Assembly (NCBI RefSeq): GCF_004010195.1
Contig: NC_057756.1
Coordinates: forward strand, 3,478,129 to 3,501,906
Reading direction: 5' to 3'
Source of the DNA: Chiloscyllium plagiosum
Lineage: Eukaryota
DNA length: 23,778 nucleotides
The position numbers and the translations under genes were made by a program. Below, piece after piece: positions 1-12,117 of this stretch. Position 1 is the stretch's first letter, and every line of letters starts with the position of its first letter. The notes beneath the pieces are model-generated. The model saw nothing but the letters and a program-made list of their open reading frames with translations, had not been told where the DNA came from and did not search any database.

Positions 1-900
1 TTCCAGAGGATTGGTCTAAACCAGCAATCATAGATGAAATTAATTTTAAAAGACACAGGACGTTGAAGTTGGCCAGAAAGTAAATCACATGGAGCTAGGA
101 AGGAAGTTAAAAGCAGGATCTGAAGAATATTAATCATAGCATTACACACAATCATGCCTTTCAGTAAGAGTAATCTTTTAATTATTAATCAATTCAATTA
201 TGTGGAGGGCCAACTGTGATCTAAGGAATGCTACAGGTTTCAAAATAATTGTAATGGAATCTGGGCAGCTTAACATTTAATATGCTGAGCTATTTATAAC
301 TTGGTAAAATTACTACTAAACATTCTCATAAAAGTTTGCTAGTACAGTTGGTTACAGTTAAACCAACATATTAACGAGTTGAGAAATTAAAATGGAACAT
401 GCATTGGATGGAAGTGAGGTTACGAGCAGAGAGTCAAAAACATATGCTGGGGAGACAAGCAGTCAGGATAGATTCAAGTGAGGCTCGTATAGAGTTCCAT
501 AGCAGAATGATGAGGAAAACACTCAGGAAAGATATTGCATTTGAATGCACGAAGTACTTTAAACAAGCCAAATAGTTAAATGTACAGACGGAGATGTATG
601 AATATTACTTAATAAATATTATGGAAGTTTTGGCTGCATTGCGATGAGGGATATTAGATGTTTACAGAGTTTGACATGTTGAATATGGACATGTGGTAGA
701 TCTTAGGTGCAAAGGATTCGTTGTGTACTTTAGCAAGGTAAGGCAATGACCTATATGTAGAACATGTGTCAGTGGATACAGGTAACAGTCGGCCGGGATT
801 TTCCTCAGAATAAGAAATTGTAGCGGTAGTGTGTGCAGCATGGCATGAATCAACAGTTGAGCGAAGCATATGATGGGCAGCCAAATTATATAACACCATC
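1..900 (+). mobile_element. Very old CR1-type LINE ORF2 (RT) remnant
   Basis: Frame 3 opens PEDW (cf. CR1 VPEDW), followed by decayed QHGF-like sequence; many stops; boundaries approximate. Confidence 0.55.
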
Positions 901-919
901 CCTAATCTTTAACGTACTA

Positions 920-3200
920 TTACACAACTTGCAGTAGTGACATTTTCTTTTAGTTGGCCACATAAAATTCGAAAAGAGCACAGTGTACCGAGCATAACAA
1001 AGAACATTCACGATCATGTAATACTAAAACAATAGGCCGACATGGCCACCAGAATTTCCTGATAATGTGATAGCTAGCCAGAGATGCATAACTTTAAATT
1101 GAGGGGTCATAGATGTAGGACAGATGTCAGGAGTAGTTCCTTTACACAAAGAGAAGTAGGGGCATGGGAAGCACTGCATGCAACAGCAGTAGAGTTGCCA
1201 CATTTAAGGGCATTTATATGATTGTTGGAAAGACATATGAATGAAAATGAACTAGAGATGGTTAGATGAGCTTCGGATTTCTTTCATAAGTCGGCTCAAC
1301 ACTGAGGGGCGAAGGGACTGTACTGCGGTGTAATATACTATGTTCTGCATTCCGTGGAGAATGGCAGTAATTCTGTGGATTAGGAGTTTTTAAGAATGTG
1401 AAAGAGGACCAGAAATAATAAGAAAATGTGCCATAGATTATCGTTTCGAAATTAAGAATATATTACAAAATAAAGAGACTGTGAAGCCTTTTCCAGGTGT
1501 TTTAAATGACATCATTTGCAAAGAAATAACACGAATCACTCACAATCAGGAGTCTGTATTTAATAAATGAGAATCAGCGGACCAAATAATGGATTGTTTA
1601 GTGTCTGATTTCACTGAAAGAAATACAATAAATATCCAAACTTCCGTCATCCAACTGCTAAAGTTGACAAGTTATTTTAAGACTGTTTGCATCAATTATA
1701 TCCTGATATTGGAAAACATTAAGGAGCCAGAAGGCAAGAAATACTAAGGGCCAAAACTTTACCATTCCACGGTGTGAATAACGCGTCTATACAACTAGTT
1801 CATCGGTGATCTACCTACCAAAGGTTTACAATCTTTGCACTGTTTCCAATGAAACGTCATGTTGTAATGATTACAGCATGAAAAAATTAAAACCACTTAA
1901 CGTTGCATTAGTTTTTGAAATGCAAATTCGTTTACAACGTCGATATAACTTCACACATGATTGGTTATGGCTGGATTGGGTGCCGTTTGCATTAAAAAAT
2001 CGAATGGGAGATTATGTTTTTCGAGATTGTTGAATTCTGACTCAGAATCTGAAAACAAGGAGAGTCAATTGGCTTAGTAAACTTGAATTTTAAAGAGCGT
2101 TTTCTGGATTGGCTTGTGGAGGGTTCTTAGTAACAAAACTACAATCCGTTAGATAGAAGATAACATACATAAATGAATGGTTAAATGAGAGAGAGTAGAA
2201 CAAACAAATAAATTTAACATTATTTTATGCGTTGACTTATGGATGGTCTTTGGAATGAGTACTTGTTTCCATCTTTGAAGACTATTTTTGCAACAAGCTA
2301 TATTGGAATATGTAACGACAGAAAGTTCTAAAGTTGCTTCTGGAGAATTTGGGCAGAGCTAATGACTCCGAAAATGACAGGTGGAAAATCATATGACAAG
2401 ATGTTACCTATAATCGCTTTTCCTGTCTGAAACTTTTAGGTGTTCATTTTCATAATTACATAGTTGTGGACAGTGTGGAAAGACAAAGGAACGTAACTGT
2501 CCCTGTCAAACACAAAACTCCCTAAAAGCAAACTTCAGGTGGAGAAATCTATTCAGAAGACTGTGGAACTTTAGCATTTATTGCAGAAATAATTGAATTA
2601 AAAATGAAGTTGTGCTTCAATTATGGAAAGATTGATTATAATTTACATCGAGTACTTTGTGTAGGTTTGGATTCTCTTTCTCAAAAATCGTATTATTAGC
2701 ATTGAAAGAGGGATGAAAGAGAGGGAGGACGTGTGGTCCACCGTAAGTTCACTGTACTTATTCTCGGAATGCTCAGAGAAGAATATTTGGGCAGTTTTAA
2801 TGGGTACTACCCACATTTGTGAAGAAGAAAACGTGGTCTCATGTAAACGTATTAAATAATAAAGGTGAGATACAGGGTAGATGCATGTCAGATGGAATAC
2901 TGATTACGGATTCTGGAGCAAGAAAGAAATAGACTGAATGCCACTGAAGAGGCGAGGACATTTCTTTTATTTATGCACAGTATGACCAAAGAGCGAACTC
3001 CAGTGGTTTTACAGTACAATCTCTTTTTATTTTAACGTTATGATTGATGTATTTCGTACTGTTATTGCTACACACGTTTATGTGGATAGAGCACCCAATT
3101 GTTCAATTAGCCATTATCATGTTAAATGAACATGGATTCTGCAGGGGATGGTGGTGGATCTATTTGCTGAATGACCTAACTTTGTGGCTACGATCCTGCG
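920..3200 (+). mobile_element. Ancient CR1-type LINE ORF2 remnant to 3' end, interrupted at 1055-1355
   Basis: Decayed CR1 tether/RT-like sequence (1540-1620 resembles G.L..E..A..LN..F.SVFT.E); homologous to 21870-23778. Confidence 0.55.
1055..1355 (+). mobile_element. Younger CR1 3' fragment nested in an older LINE
   Basis: Typical CR1 3' coding end and tail (actatgttct); AGAAT at both junctions (1051-1055, 1359-1363); absent from the homologous copy near 22000. Confidence 0.75.
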
Positions 3201-3204
3201 GAGA

Positions 3205-3645
3205 AGATGGTAAATAACATTTGTATATGATGAAGTGATAGAATGTAACATCAGATGCGTGCACAAATTGAGTTATGTGCGTAATATTATGCGAACTGGT
3301 TTATTTTTGTGCTTACCAAAGTGCACAGAGACATACCATTATTTTTGTTCTCTGGCCAACACAGAATCTAAAAAAATAAAAGATGGTAAGGCCAAAAATA
3401 GAATATTTAAAACTGCAATCGAGATTTTATAGATTTGTTCAGTTGAACGCCTTGAAATTGTTTTCACACATCCATGCACTTTTAAATGTTGCATTCTTAA
3501 GTGGGGATATTGAAGTATGTATTGACAGGACTGGAATCTGAAGTTTAGTTAGAGTGATGGCAAAATCAAATGCCTGAGTTTAAAGAAATTTGATCTCTAA
3601 TCATTCTGCATTTGCTGATCTCATGTTGTCACCAACAAGAACACT
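3205..3645 (+). pseudogene. NP: Possible decayed arenavirus-like nucleoprotein C-terminal (exonuclease) region
   Basis: ORF 3235-3432 (H...TGLFLCLPK...KKIKDG) weakly resembles NP SHGI...PGL...LP...IRKLLD; second frame HIHALLN resembles PHCALLD; position next to the hairpin and opposite GP2 fits an ambisense S segment. Confidence 0.3.
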
Positions 3646-3646
3646 C

Positions 3647-3699
3647 GGAAATGATATATTGCACAGCACAGCATTCATTGTTGTGCTGTGATATATTCC
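3647..3699. other. Stem-loop, candidate S-segment intergenic hairpin
   Basis: atatat(tg)cacagcacagca-ttcat-tgttgtgctgtgatatat forms a long stem with one G-U pair and a 2-nt bulge. Confidence 0.55.
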
Positions 3700-3702
3700 A
3701 CG

Positions 3703-3787
3703 AGGAGAAAGTGGGGATTACAAATACTGGAGATCTGAGTCGAAGATCTGGAAAAACACAGATAGTCAGGCAGCATCCGAGGAGCAT
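3703..3787 (+). mobile_element. Short interspersed element fragment (shark Penelope-related/SINE-like)
   Basis: aggagaaagtg...gtcaggcagcatccgaggagca is homologous to reverse copies at ~6410-6500 and 22801-22920. Confidence 0.6.
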
Positions 3788-3789
3788 TT

Positions 3790-4430
3790 CGTAATATCCA
3801 GTACACCATAATGATCGCATAACATCAATTAGAAAGCATTAGCTTTCTCTTCTTTAAATCTTATATTAATACAAAAGATTGTTAAGAACCATAACTAAGA
3901 ACAGAAGTGAACACAGATTGTAAGCTAAGATCCATGGTATTTTAATAGTCGTATAAGTTTTGAATAAGGTAAAACTCACATGAAAGGAACACATGCACCT
4001 GTTGTAGTGTTTGTTAAAAAAAACGCTGAGAAAGAACAAGTATGGGCAGCATGGTGGCACAGTGGTTAGCACTGCTGCCTCACAGCGCCAGAGACCCGGG
4101 TTCAATTCCCGACTCAGGCGACTGACTGTGTGGAGTTTGCACGTTCTCCCCGTGTCTGTGTGGGTTTCCTCCGGGTGCTCCGGTTTCCTCCCACAGTCCA
4201 AAGATGTGCAGGGTCAGGTGAATTGGCCATGCTAAATTGCCCGTAGTGTTAGGTAAGGGATAAATGTAGGGGTATGGGTGGGTTTCGCTTCGGCGGGTCG
4301 GTGTGGACTTGTTGGGCCGAAGGGCCTGTTTCCACACTGTAATCTAATCTAATCTGAAAAAAAAAGTAGACTCACTTTGTAAACAGAGAAAGCAGAGTAC
4401 TCCAGTCTAGCTAATATGTGAACATTATTA
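3790..4430 (-). pseudogene. GPC: Decayed arenavirus-like glycoprotein GP2 C-terminal half, split by a SINE
   Basis: VY/CSFSAFFLTNTTTGACVPFM*VL vs mammarenavirus [55 protein letters not shown] vs LQKEY...KTPLGL plus TM helix; tail C...LWCTGYY vs C...ICSCGLY. Confidence 0.6.
4044..4355 (+). mobile_element. HE1-like tRNA-derived SINE, full length
   Basis: A box TGGCACAGTGG, B box GGTTCAATTCC, CR1-like 3' end, (AATCT)n tail; related copies at 20546, 21391, 22411. Confidence 0.92.
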
Positions 4431-5400
4431 CATAAGACATATGAGCAGGATAACGTCGCCTGGGCAGTTGAACATGCTTAGCTGTTACATCCGATCATTG
4501 GTGATCTTTTCTTGGACTTAGCTACACTTGCCCACTCGCCCACAATCACACATAAGTCATTCACTGATCACAAACTTGTCTATATTTGCTTTAAAAACGC
4601 TTAACAAGGTATTCAAATAACTTCACAGTTTAAGGAAACACAAAAGTTTACATGACTTCGTGTGAAAGAAATCCCACTTCAAATCAGTCAGAAGTCTGCT
4701 ACCCTTTATTTTGAGGCATTCACCCCTAGTTCTAGCGTGGCTCTCCAGTGGAAAAAAACAACTTCCCAGTGTCTATTTAATCTATTGCCTTGATAATATT
4801 AAAAGTTTTTAACAGGATACCCCACTCCATTCTTCTAAATTCCAATCAATATCGTCCCATTGTCGTCAATCTCTCCTCAACAGCCAAAACCTCTCAATTC
4901 TGGAAATGACATTGTGAACCTCATTTGCAAACCTTCCCTTGGCCAGACATCCTTTCGCGAATAAGGAAAGCAGAACTATACATAATACTCCAAGTGATGC
5001 GTCACCAGCACACTATGATGCTTAAAACTCAACTTCTCTAATTTAGACTGTGACTATCCAGTCATGAAGGAGTAATATTTTATGTGCCTTCAGAATGAAT
5101 TGTTGCACTTGCAAGCCCTTTTTTGTGATTCATGTACAAGGACATCTACGTGTCTCTGCTGAACTACATACATTTTTTCACCATTGAAACGATCGCTCAT
5201 TTTGCAGGTATTCCTAACAAAATGGTGCGCCGCTCATTTCCAATGCTGTTCTCAATCTGCCAGGCCCTTGCACACGCAAAAATCTATCTCTACCCATCGG
5301 CAGTCTTTCCCATTCAGCTGGAAACTTTGCTTGACAAAACATTTTCGTTTCCTCAGCGAACCTTGACACACTAGACTTGGTGGACAACTCGAAATTTAAA
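4431..5400 (-). mobile_element. Degenerate CR1-type LINE 3' portion
   Basis: Reverse-oriented CR1 tail (cataagacat...) followed by decayed RT C-terminal sequence. Confidence 0.7.
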
Positions 5401-5404
5401 CTCG

Positions 5405-7805
5405 TAATGTGGTGGGCTGGGACCCAGGGAGATAGTGAGAAAAAAAAATCAATCTGAGACTGGTACAGTTGAGAAGAGAAACGAGTCAAAAAGTCAAACA
5501 AATCAGGGACAAGGTAGTACTAATAAATTAAACTGTATTTATTTCAATGCAAGGTGCCTAACAGGGAAGGCAGATGAGCGCAGGACATTGTTAGGAATAT
5601 GGGATTCGGATATCGTAGCAATTACAGTAAAATGGGTCAGGGATGTGCGGAACTGGCAGCTTGATGTTCCAGTATACAAATGCTCCTGCAAGGATAGAAA
5701 TGGGAGGCAATATAGGAGGTGGAGTGGCGTTTTTGATAAGGGACAGCATTACAGCGGGAGGATACTTCCGAAATACATTGAGGGAAGTTATTTGGGTGGA
5801 ACTGAGAAATAAGAAAGGGATGATCACCTTATTGGGATTGTGTTACAGATCCCCTAATAGGGAGATTGAAATTAACAAACAAACTTGTAACGAGATCTTA
5901 GCTGTCTGTCAGAATAATAGGGTGGTTATGGTAGTGGATTCTAAGTTTCCAAACATAGACTGGAACTGCCATAGTGTTAAGCATTTAGTTGGTGAAGAAT
6001 TTGTTCAGAATGTACAATTCAGTATGTAGATGTACCTACTAGAGAAAGGGCAAAACTTGACGTACTCTTGGGAAATAAGGCATGGCAGGTGACTGAAGTG
6101 TTAATGGGGGAGCGCTTAGGGGCCAGCAACCATAATTCTATTAGATTTAAAATAGTGATGAAAAAGGATAGACCAGATTTAAAAGTTGAAGTTCGAAATT
6201 GGAGGAAGGCTAATTTTGACGGTATTAGGCAAGAACTTTAAAATCCTATTGGGGGTATCGATAGTAACAGGTGAGGTGCTGGAAAACCAGAGATTAGCTA
6301 AAGTTGTGCCACTGTTTCATAAGGGTGGTGAGGACATGCCAGGGAACTATAGACCAGTGAGCCTGACGTCGGTGGTGGGCACGCTTTTGGAGGGAATCCT
6401 GAGCAAAATGATGGACAGCTCCATTCCTGATGAAGGGTTTTGCCCAAATGTCGATTTTCCTGCTCATCGGATGCTGCCTGACCTGTTATGTTTTTACATG
6501 GCCACGCTAATTTAGACATGTATTTGGAAAGTCAAGAACCGATTAGGGACAGACAACATACCTTTGTGCGTGGGAAATCATGTCTCAGAAACTTGATTGA
6601 GCTTTTTGAAGGAAAAAGCAAAGAGGATTGAAGAAGGCAGAGGTCGATATGATTTAGATTGTCATCAGGATTCGTTCAACAAGGTTCCCCAAAGAGACTG
6701 GTTAGCAAGTTTAGATCTCTCGGACTAGAGGGGCAACTAGCCATTTGGGTACAGAACTGGCTCAAAGGTAGAAGACAGAGGCTGGTGGTGAAACGTTGTT
6801 TTTCAGACTGGCGGCCTGTGCCCAGTGGAGTGCTACAAGGATTCGGTGCTGTGTCCACTACTTTTCATTATTTATGTAAATATTCGGATGCAAACATAAC
6901 AGGTATCTGTAGTAAGTGTGCAGCTGACAACAAAATTGGAGGTGTGGTGGACAACGAAGAAGTTAACCTGAAATTACAACAGGATCTTGATCAGATGGGG
7001 CAATGGGTTGAGAAGTGGCAGATGGGGTTTAATTCAGATAAATGCGAGGTGCTGCATTGTGTGAAAGCAGGTCTTAGCAGGACATACACTTAATGGTATG
7101 GTCTGCGGGAGTGTTGCTGAACAAAGAGCACTTGAAGTGCAGGTTCATATCTCCTTGACAGTGGAGTTGTATGTAGATAGGATAGTGAAGAAGGCGTTTG
7201 ATATGTTTTCCTTTAATGGTCAGAGTATTGAGTACAGGAGTTGGACGGTCATATTGCGGCTGAACAAGACTTTGTTTAGGCCTCTGTTGGAATACTGCGT
7301 GCAATTCTACTCTCCTTACTATCGCAAAGATGTTGTGAAACTTGAAAGCGTTCTGAATATATTTACAATGATCTTGCCAGGTTTGGAGTATTTCATGGAT
7401 AGAGAGAGGCTGAACAGGTAGGAGTGTCAGAGGCCGAGGGCTGACCTTTTAGAGGTTTACAAAATAATGAGGGCATGAATAGTCTAAATAGGCAAAGCAT
7501 TTTCCCTGGGGTGTGGGAATCCACAACAAGAAGGCATAGGTTTATGGTGAGAGTGGAAAGAATATAATGGATACCTAAGGGGCAACTTTTTCTCACTGAG
7601 GGTGGTACGTGTATGCAATGAGCTGCCAGAGGAAGGGGTGGAGGTTGGTACAATTGCAATATTTAAGAGGCATTTGAAAGGGTGTATGAATAGGAAAGAT
7701 TTGGAGGGATATGGGCTGAGTGCTGGATGGCGATTGGGTTGGGATATCTGTTCGACATGGACGAGGGTTGGTCCAACGTGTCTGTCTACCTCTATGACTC
7801 TCTGA
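5405..7805 (+). mobile_element. CR1-clade LINE ORF2 (APE endonuclease + RT), frameshifted, with internal deletion
   Basis: ORF track: CIYFNAR, GGGVA, LGLCYRSP, FPNIDW, PGNYRPVSLTSVVG, SGVLQG, AADNK, RPLLEYC; (ctctatga) tail at ~7790-7803. Confidence 0.95.
6410..6500 (-). mobile_element. Short element nested in the CR1 RT
   Basis: ttcctgatgaaggg...ggatgctgcctgacctg interrupts the RT frame; same family as 3703-3787. Confidence 0.65.
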
Positions 7806-9290
7806 AATCGTCTTTGTACATTTAAAAGAAAATGTTCTCCCAAAATGAACTCGTGAGGCACAACACTGGCCATCGAATGCCAATCAGAGAAACACCCATC
7901 TACTCTCAATGTTTACTTTGTATTCGGTAACCAAGACTCTCTCCAATACCCGTATTGCCATGCAGCTTTACCATATGTAGCAGCTTTTTGCTTGCAACAT
8001 TACCAAATGCTATCTGGAATGTAAATAGATTAGAAAAATTCCTTAGTACCTGTTCAGTAAAGTTTTCCAATTGATAAATAATTCTAAATTCTGTTTTCAT
8101 TTTTTCGTGGTTCAAGTGCACCGTTTAACTGACCACTGTTTGACCAGAGGCACAGCACCGAAAATATCGACTCCACAGCAATCCAGATACGTTACATCCA
8201 CTTCTAAATTGTCCAATGCGATTGTAACGCATACAATGACGTCCAATAAATTAGGTAAGCACGATCGGTCTTTCCTGAACCAAACTATATCTTCCCTTTG
8301 GCGCAATTTCAATCCAGATGCAATGCGTGTTCTTCCCTGTTAATAATTTCATGTAATTTCCTGAATTCTGAAGTTGAGCTTACAGACCAGCAGTTACTCG
8401 CCCTTTGTCTATCTCCTTTTCCAACAGTGGTATCATAGTTCTTGTTTTCGAATTTTCTAGAACCACCCTTGAATCGAGCAAAATGTGCTAAATTATTCGA
8501 AAATAGCCTCGACACTAGATTTTCTAATTTTAAAGGCAGCTGTGGAGTGGATACTTTCGGTGTTCTGCATCTGGTCAAACATTCCATAAACACTCGACTA
8601 GGCAAAAAAAAATTGAATCACAGATTCTTACAGGCAGGATGGAACAAAATTCAAAGAGATTCCAGAAAGCAGGTCATTCAGTGACTGTTTGCTGAAATTT
8701 GCAACCTTCCTCGGATCCAGCATCGAGTGACTGCCACAGCTACATCAAGTTGGACAAAGATCGAACAGGGAAAATTGGGAGCTCTCCTGCCAATTTGAAA
8801 CTGAGCATTTCCTAGACCCCTTCGCAACTCTGCCTTTATGACTTTTGTAAGAAAGGAACAAGTACAAAATAACTTTATTAAAGTGACAGCATTGTCACAC
8901 TTTCCTGGAGCTTTTTTTTTGTCAAGCTTTCTGTTGACCTTCAAAGATAGATCTACTTTCAATTTGTTCCCCTCCTCTGTTTCCTTCCTTATCCATAGCT
9001 GATTAGCCATTTTCAGACATGCTTTCCTTTTTAGTGAGGTATACTTCTCCTGTGCACTGTGAAAGAAAATCGCTTTTAAGGTCCTCCAAATGTTTCATCA
9101 ACTGTAGCAGAGAAATCCATTACTTCTCACCTACCTCAGCCAATTCTTCACTGATCCCATTGTAGACACTGCTGATTAAACAAAGAATTGTATTGTAACT
9201 TTTCAACATCGATCTACATTTTAAATTTAACCATATTGTAGTTTCTCCTGCAAGAGGGGTAATGCACTATATAATTGTTTTCTAATGTTG
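7806..9290 (-). mobile_element. Old CR1-type LINE ORF2 remnant
   Basis: FRKDRSCLPNLL..VDVTYLD; RVDGCFSDW..SVVPH..LG; endonuclease end resembling SDHNMIEF near 9230-9290. Confidence 0.85.
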
Positions 9291-9529
9291 ACATATCAGT
9301 AGAAATTTTCTGGATTCTGTTTGCATGAACAAAGGAGTATGTGATTGTTTGATAAATTGATTTTGAATATCACCATGATGTCAAGGTGTAGGGTTGGTTG
9401 CACAGCAGGGATGTAACTTGATTATAAACTTATGTTTTACCTCTTTTCCGAGCGCAGACCTGACAAAGTTACAAAAAGGTGAGTCATTAGTAATGTTATG
9501 CCTCGATCTGTATATGTGATTAATGCAAC

Positions 9530-9800
9530 ATAGGAATTATTGCCAGAACTTCCAGGAAAAAAAGTCCTGCAAGAAGTTTGGAGGAAATTTGAAGAAAAAA
9601 GGCGAGATGAAGGAACTTAATGGATCAGTATCAGTTGGAAAATCCTTTGAAGAATGCTGATTGAATTGCAGGCTGCAAGGATGATTTATATTCAAAGAAT
9701 GTTTTTCTAAAAATAGCAAAATCTGCAATGTCATCCTGTATTGTAAACTCAGCATGGCTTAGTGTGCCGTTTGCATGGTACTTAATTTAATGTCACTGTT
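9530..9800 (+). pseudogene. Z: Decayed Z-like RING matrix protein ORF (~90 codons), convergent with L
   Basis: Starts ATA-GGA (I/M-G-IIARTS, decayed myristoylation start); across frameshifts NCRxC (9667-9676)...EC...IC..SC...CAVC (9763-9774), an approximate RING Cys pattern. Confidence 0.5.
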
Positions 9801-11074
9801 TTACAAAAACAATTCAAAGAAAAATCCGCAATTGATAAAGCAGTCAGTCTGCAGTTGGTCGTCTCGAAAATGTTTGTAAAAAATTCAAAAATGTTTCATA
9901 CGTTAAAACTTCAGAAATGTGGAGCAGAGAGAGTCGACATGGATTTATATGCCTGATACTTCTATCGAAATTCTTCAAGAACATAACCTGGAGAAGACAA
10001 AAGTTAGTGAGATCCGTTAACCATTCTCTTCTTAGGAATTTTCTGCGAATATATAATAATACTATTATAGTTCAAGGGAATTTGACAAGCCATATTCAAT
10101 CATGCTAAATGTTTTTGATAATTTTTAATGTCTTTTCAGAATTCATTCAAATTTCTGTAGGACACATTCCATGAAGGCACACCGTGAGCCGTAACATTGA
10201 CCACATCGATTATCAAAGCTTTCATCCACCAGTTCGCCCACCAAATCACACCCCCCGCCTTTTTCAAGGTCACTGCTCTCCATGCTCTCAGAACGATAAC
10301 CACTTTCTTGCCTCTGCAATATTTTAAAAAAATAATCGGAATGAATACCAGCTCTATCCTGCAGAATATGCATCGATCAACCTCTCTGTTTGGAAATTGT
10401 GAACTCGCACCGTTGTGAAAAATAACGAATGGGAATCCTGAGATAGCCATTGCTTCTATCATGCACTTCAACGGTCACTGTAAAATGTGACAGGACAGAA
10501 TGATGCCATTCAAACCATCGTGACTGTACAAAATGCGACATCCATTAGAAATAGGACAACAAAATTGTACACTCAACAGTATCAATGCGTTGGACAATCA
10601 CTTAATTCCTTTTGGTTTCCTTTCAGGCAAATTTCGCTGCGGTATTGTCTCGAATATTACAGCGTGACTGTGCCAGTACTGGACTAAAAGCACGTGACAC
10701 CAGTTCCAATCCAACAGTGATCAACGCAATATTGTACAATCTGACTCAGAGGACTGGAACATTAAGGCAACGCAAGCATGTGCAATCTCCAGGATTCTGT
10801 GTGCTTCCTCTGTGATCATGCAGGAGGAAAGGGGGCATTCACACTCTCCACCTATGCACTAAGTACACACACCTTTGTGTTTTCCTGTATTAAAAGGTTG
10901 ATCCCACGTAGATTTTTCATTCAAGTACCTGATCCGAGTCCATGTCGTACTTTTCAATGTTGTTCCACTTAAATTCAAAACTTGAGCACTTTGAAACCTT
11001 TATTTATCATGCATTGTTGCCCTTTCTCATAATCATCGTTAATGTCAGCGTTACCATTCACTACACATGAAGTT

Positions 11075-11865
11075 TGTTGGATCAGGAAATTGACTTGGTA
11101 ATAAAAGATGAAGGATGGTGTTTGATTGGATATGTTCAGCTTGGAGTTGAGTTACTACGGTGTACTGCAAGGACCTGTGTTGGCATCATTGCTCTTTTTC
11201 ATTTGTATAAATGATCCAAATGAAGGCGTAGAAGGTTGTGTTAGTAATATTGCACATGACACGAAGTTCTTTGGAATTGCAGATATTCAGGTTACAGAGG
11301 GACATTAAAAAGCTGCAAAGCCTGGCTGGGAGGTGGTAAATGGAGTTTATTGCAGCAAAACGTGATTCACTTTGAAAGATGCAACAGAAATAAAGAATAC
11401 TGGGCTAAATGTAATATATTTGGTAATGTAGTTGACCAAACTGATTTCGGTGTCAATGTACTGAGATCACTGAAAGTTGTCAATCTAGTTGTTGCGGTTG
11501 TGAGGAAAGCATACAATGTGTTAGCTTTTATTGATAGAGTAAACGTGTTTCGGGGTCAAGATGTCATGCTGCAATTGTACAAAACTCTGGTGTGGCCACA
11601 CTTGAAGTATTGCATACAGGTATGGCCACTGCATTACAGGAAGAATGTGCAAGATTTGGAAAGATTTGCAAGATTTGGTGGAGATTTACTTGGATGTTGT
11701 ATGGTATGGAGGGAAGTTCTTATGCGGAAAGGCTGAGGAACGTGAGGCTGTTTTCGTCAGAGGGAAGGCGGTTGAGAGGTGACTTATGTGAGATATATAA
11801 GATAATCAGGGGTTTAGCTAGGATGGTTAGAAATGGCATTTTGCTGCGATTGGCCTGCAACATGT
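11075..11865 (+). mobile_element. CR1-type LINE RT 3' fragment inserted in L
   Basis: GVLQGPVLASLLF..IND, LYKTLVWPHLKYC, RRLRGDL.EIYKI. Confidence 0.9.
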
Positions 11866-12117
11866 AAGAATGAGGAAGATCACAACTTACACAGAAAATG
11901 ATCAATTGTCCAGCCAAATCAACTTTACATATGCGCACACACTTTTCATCCAGTCACATATTCATCCTATCCGCACATTCCTATCGAGAATAACATGTTA
12001 ATTGAAAAAAATAGGAGAACAAAATTTTGAATTTCCATTTTCAATTGTGCTAGCATGGTGGTGACATTATTGCAAAAAAATCGTAACCTACCGATGAACC
12101 TCCATTTTTTTTTATGT

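Noticed and set aside
1..2300. Protein-like plus-strand text as another viral ORF
   Set aside because: PEDW, QHGF-like and SVFT-like motifs identify it as decayed CR1 ORF2
4044..4110. tRNA gene
   Set aside because: The A/B boxes belong to the SINE head
3866..4337. ORFs 3866-4201, 4011-4235, 4080-4337 (also 22425-22682) as protein genes
   Set aside because: Mostly SINE-derived frames; only the non-SINE end of 3866-4201 is GP2-like
9449..9465. GCGCAG as an arenavirus genome terminus
   Set aside because: Only 5 nt match the canonical terminal motif; likely chance
10612..10815. Apparent splice acceptor and exon at ~10627
   Set aside because: No partner exons or homology; lies antisense within the L remnant
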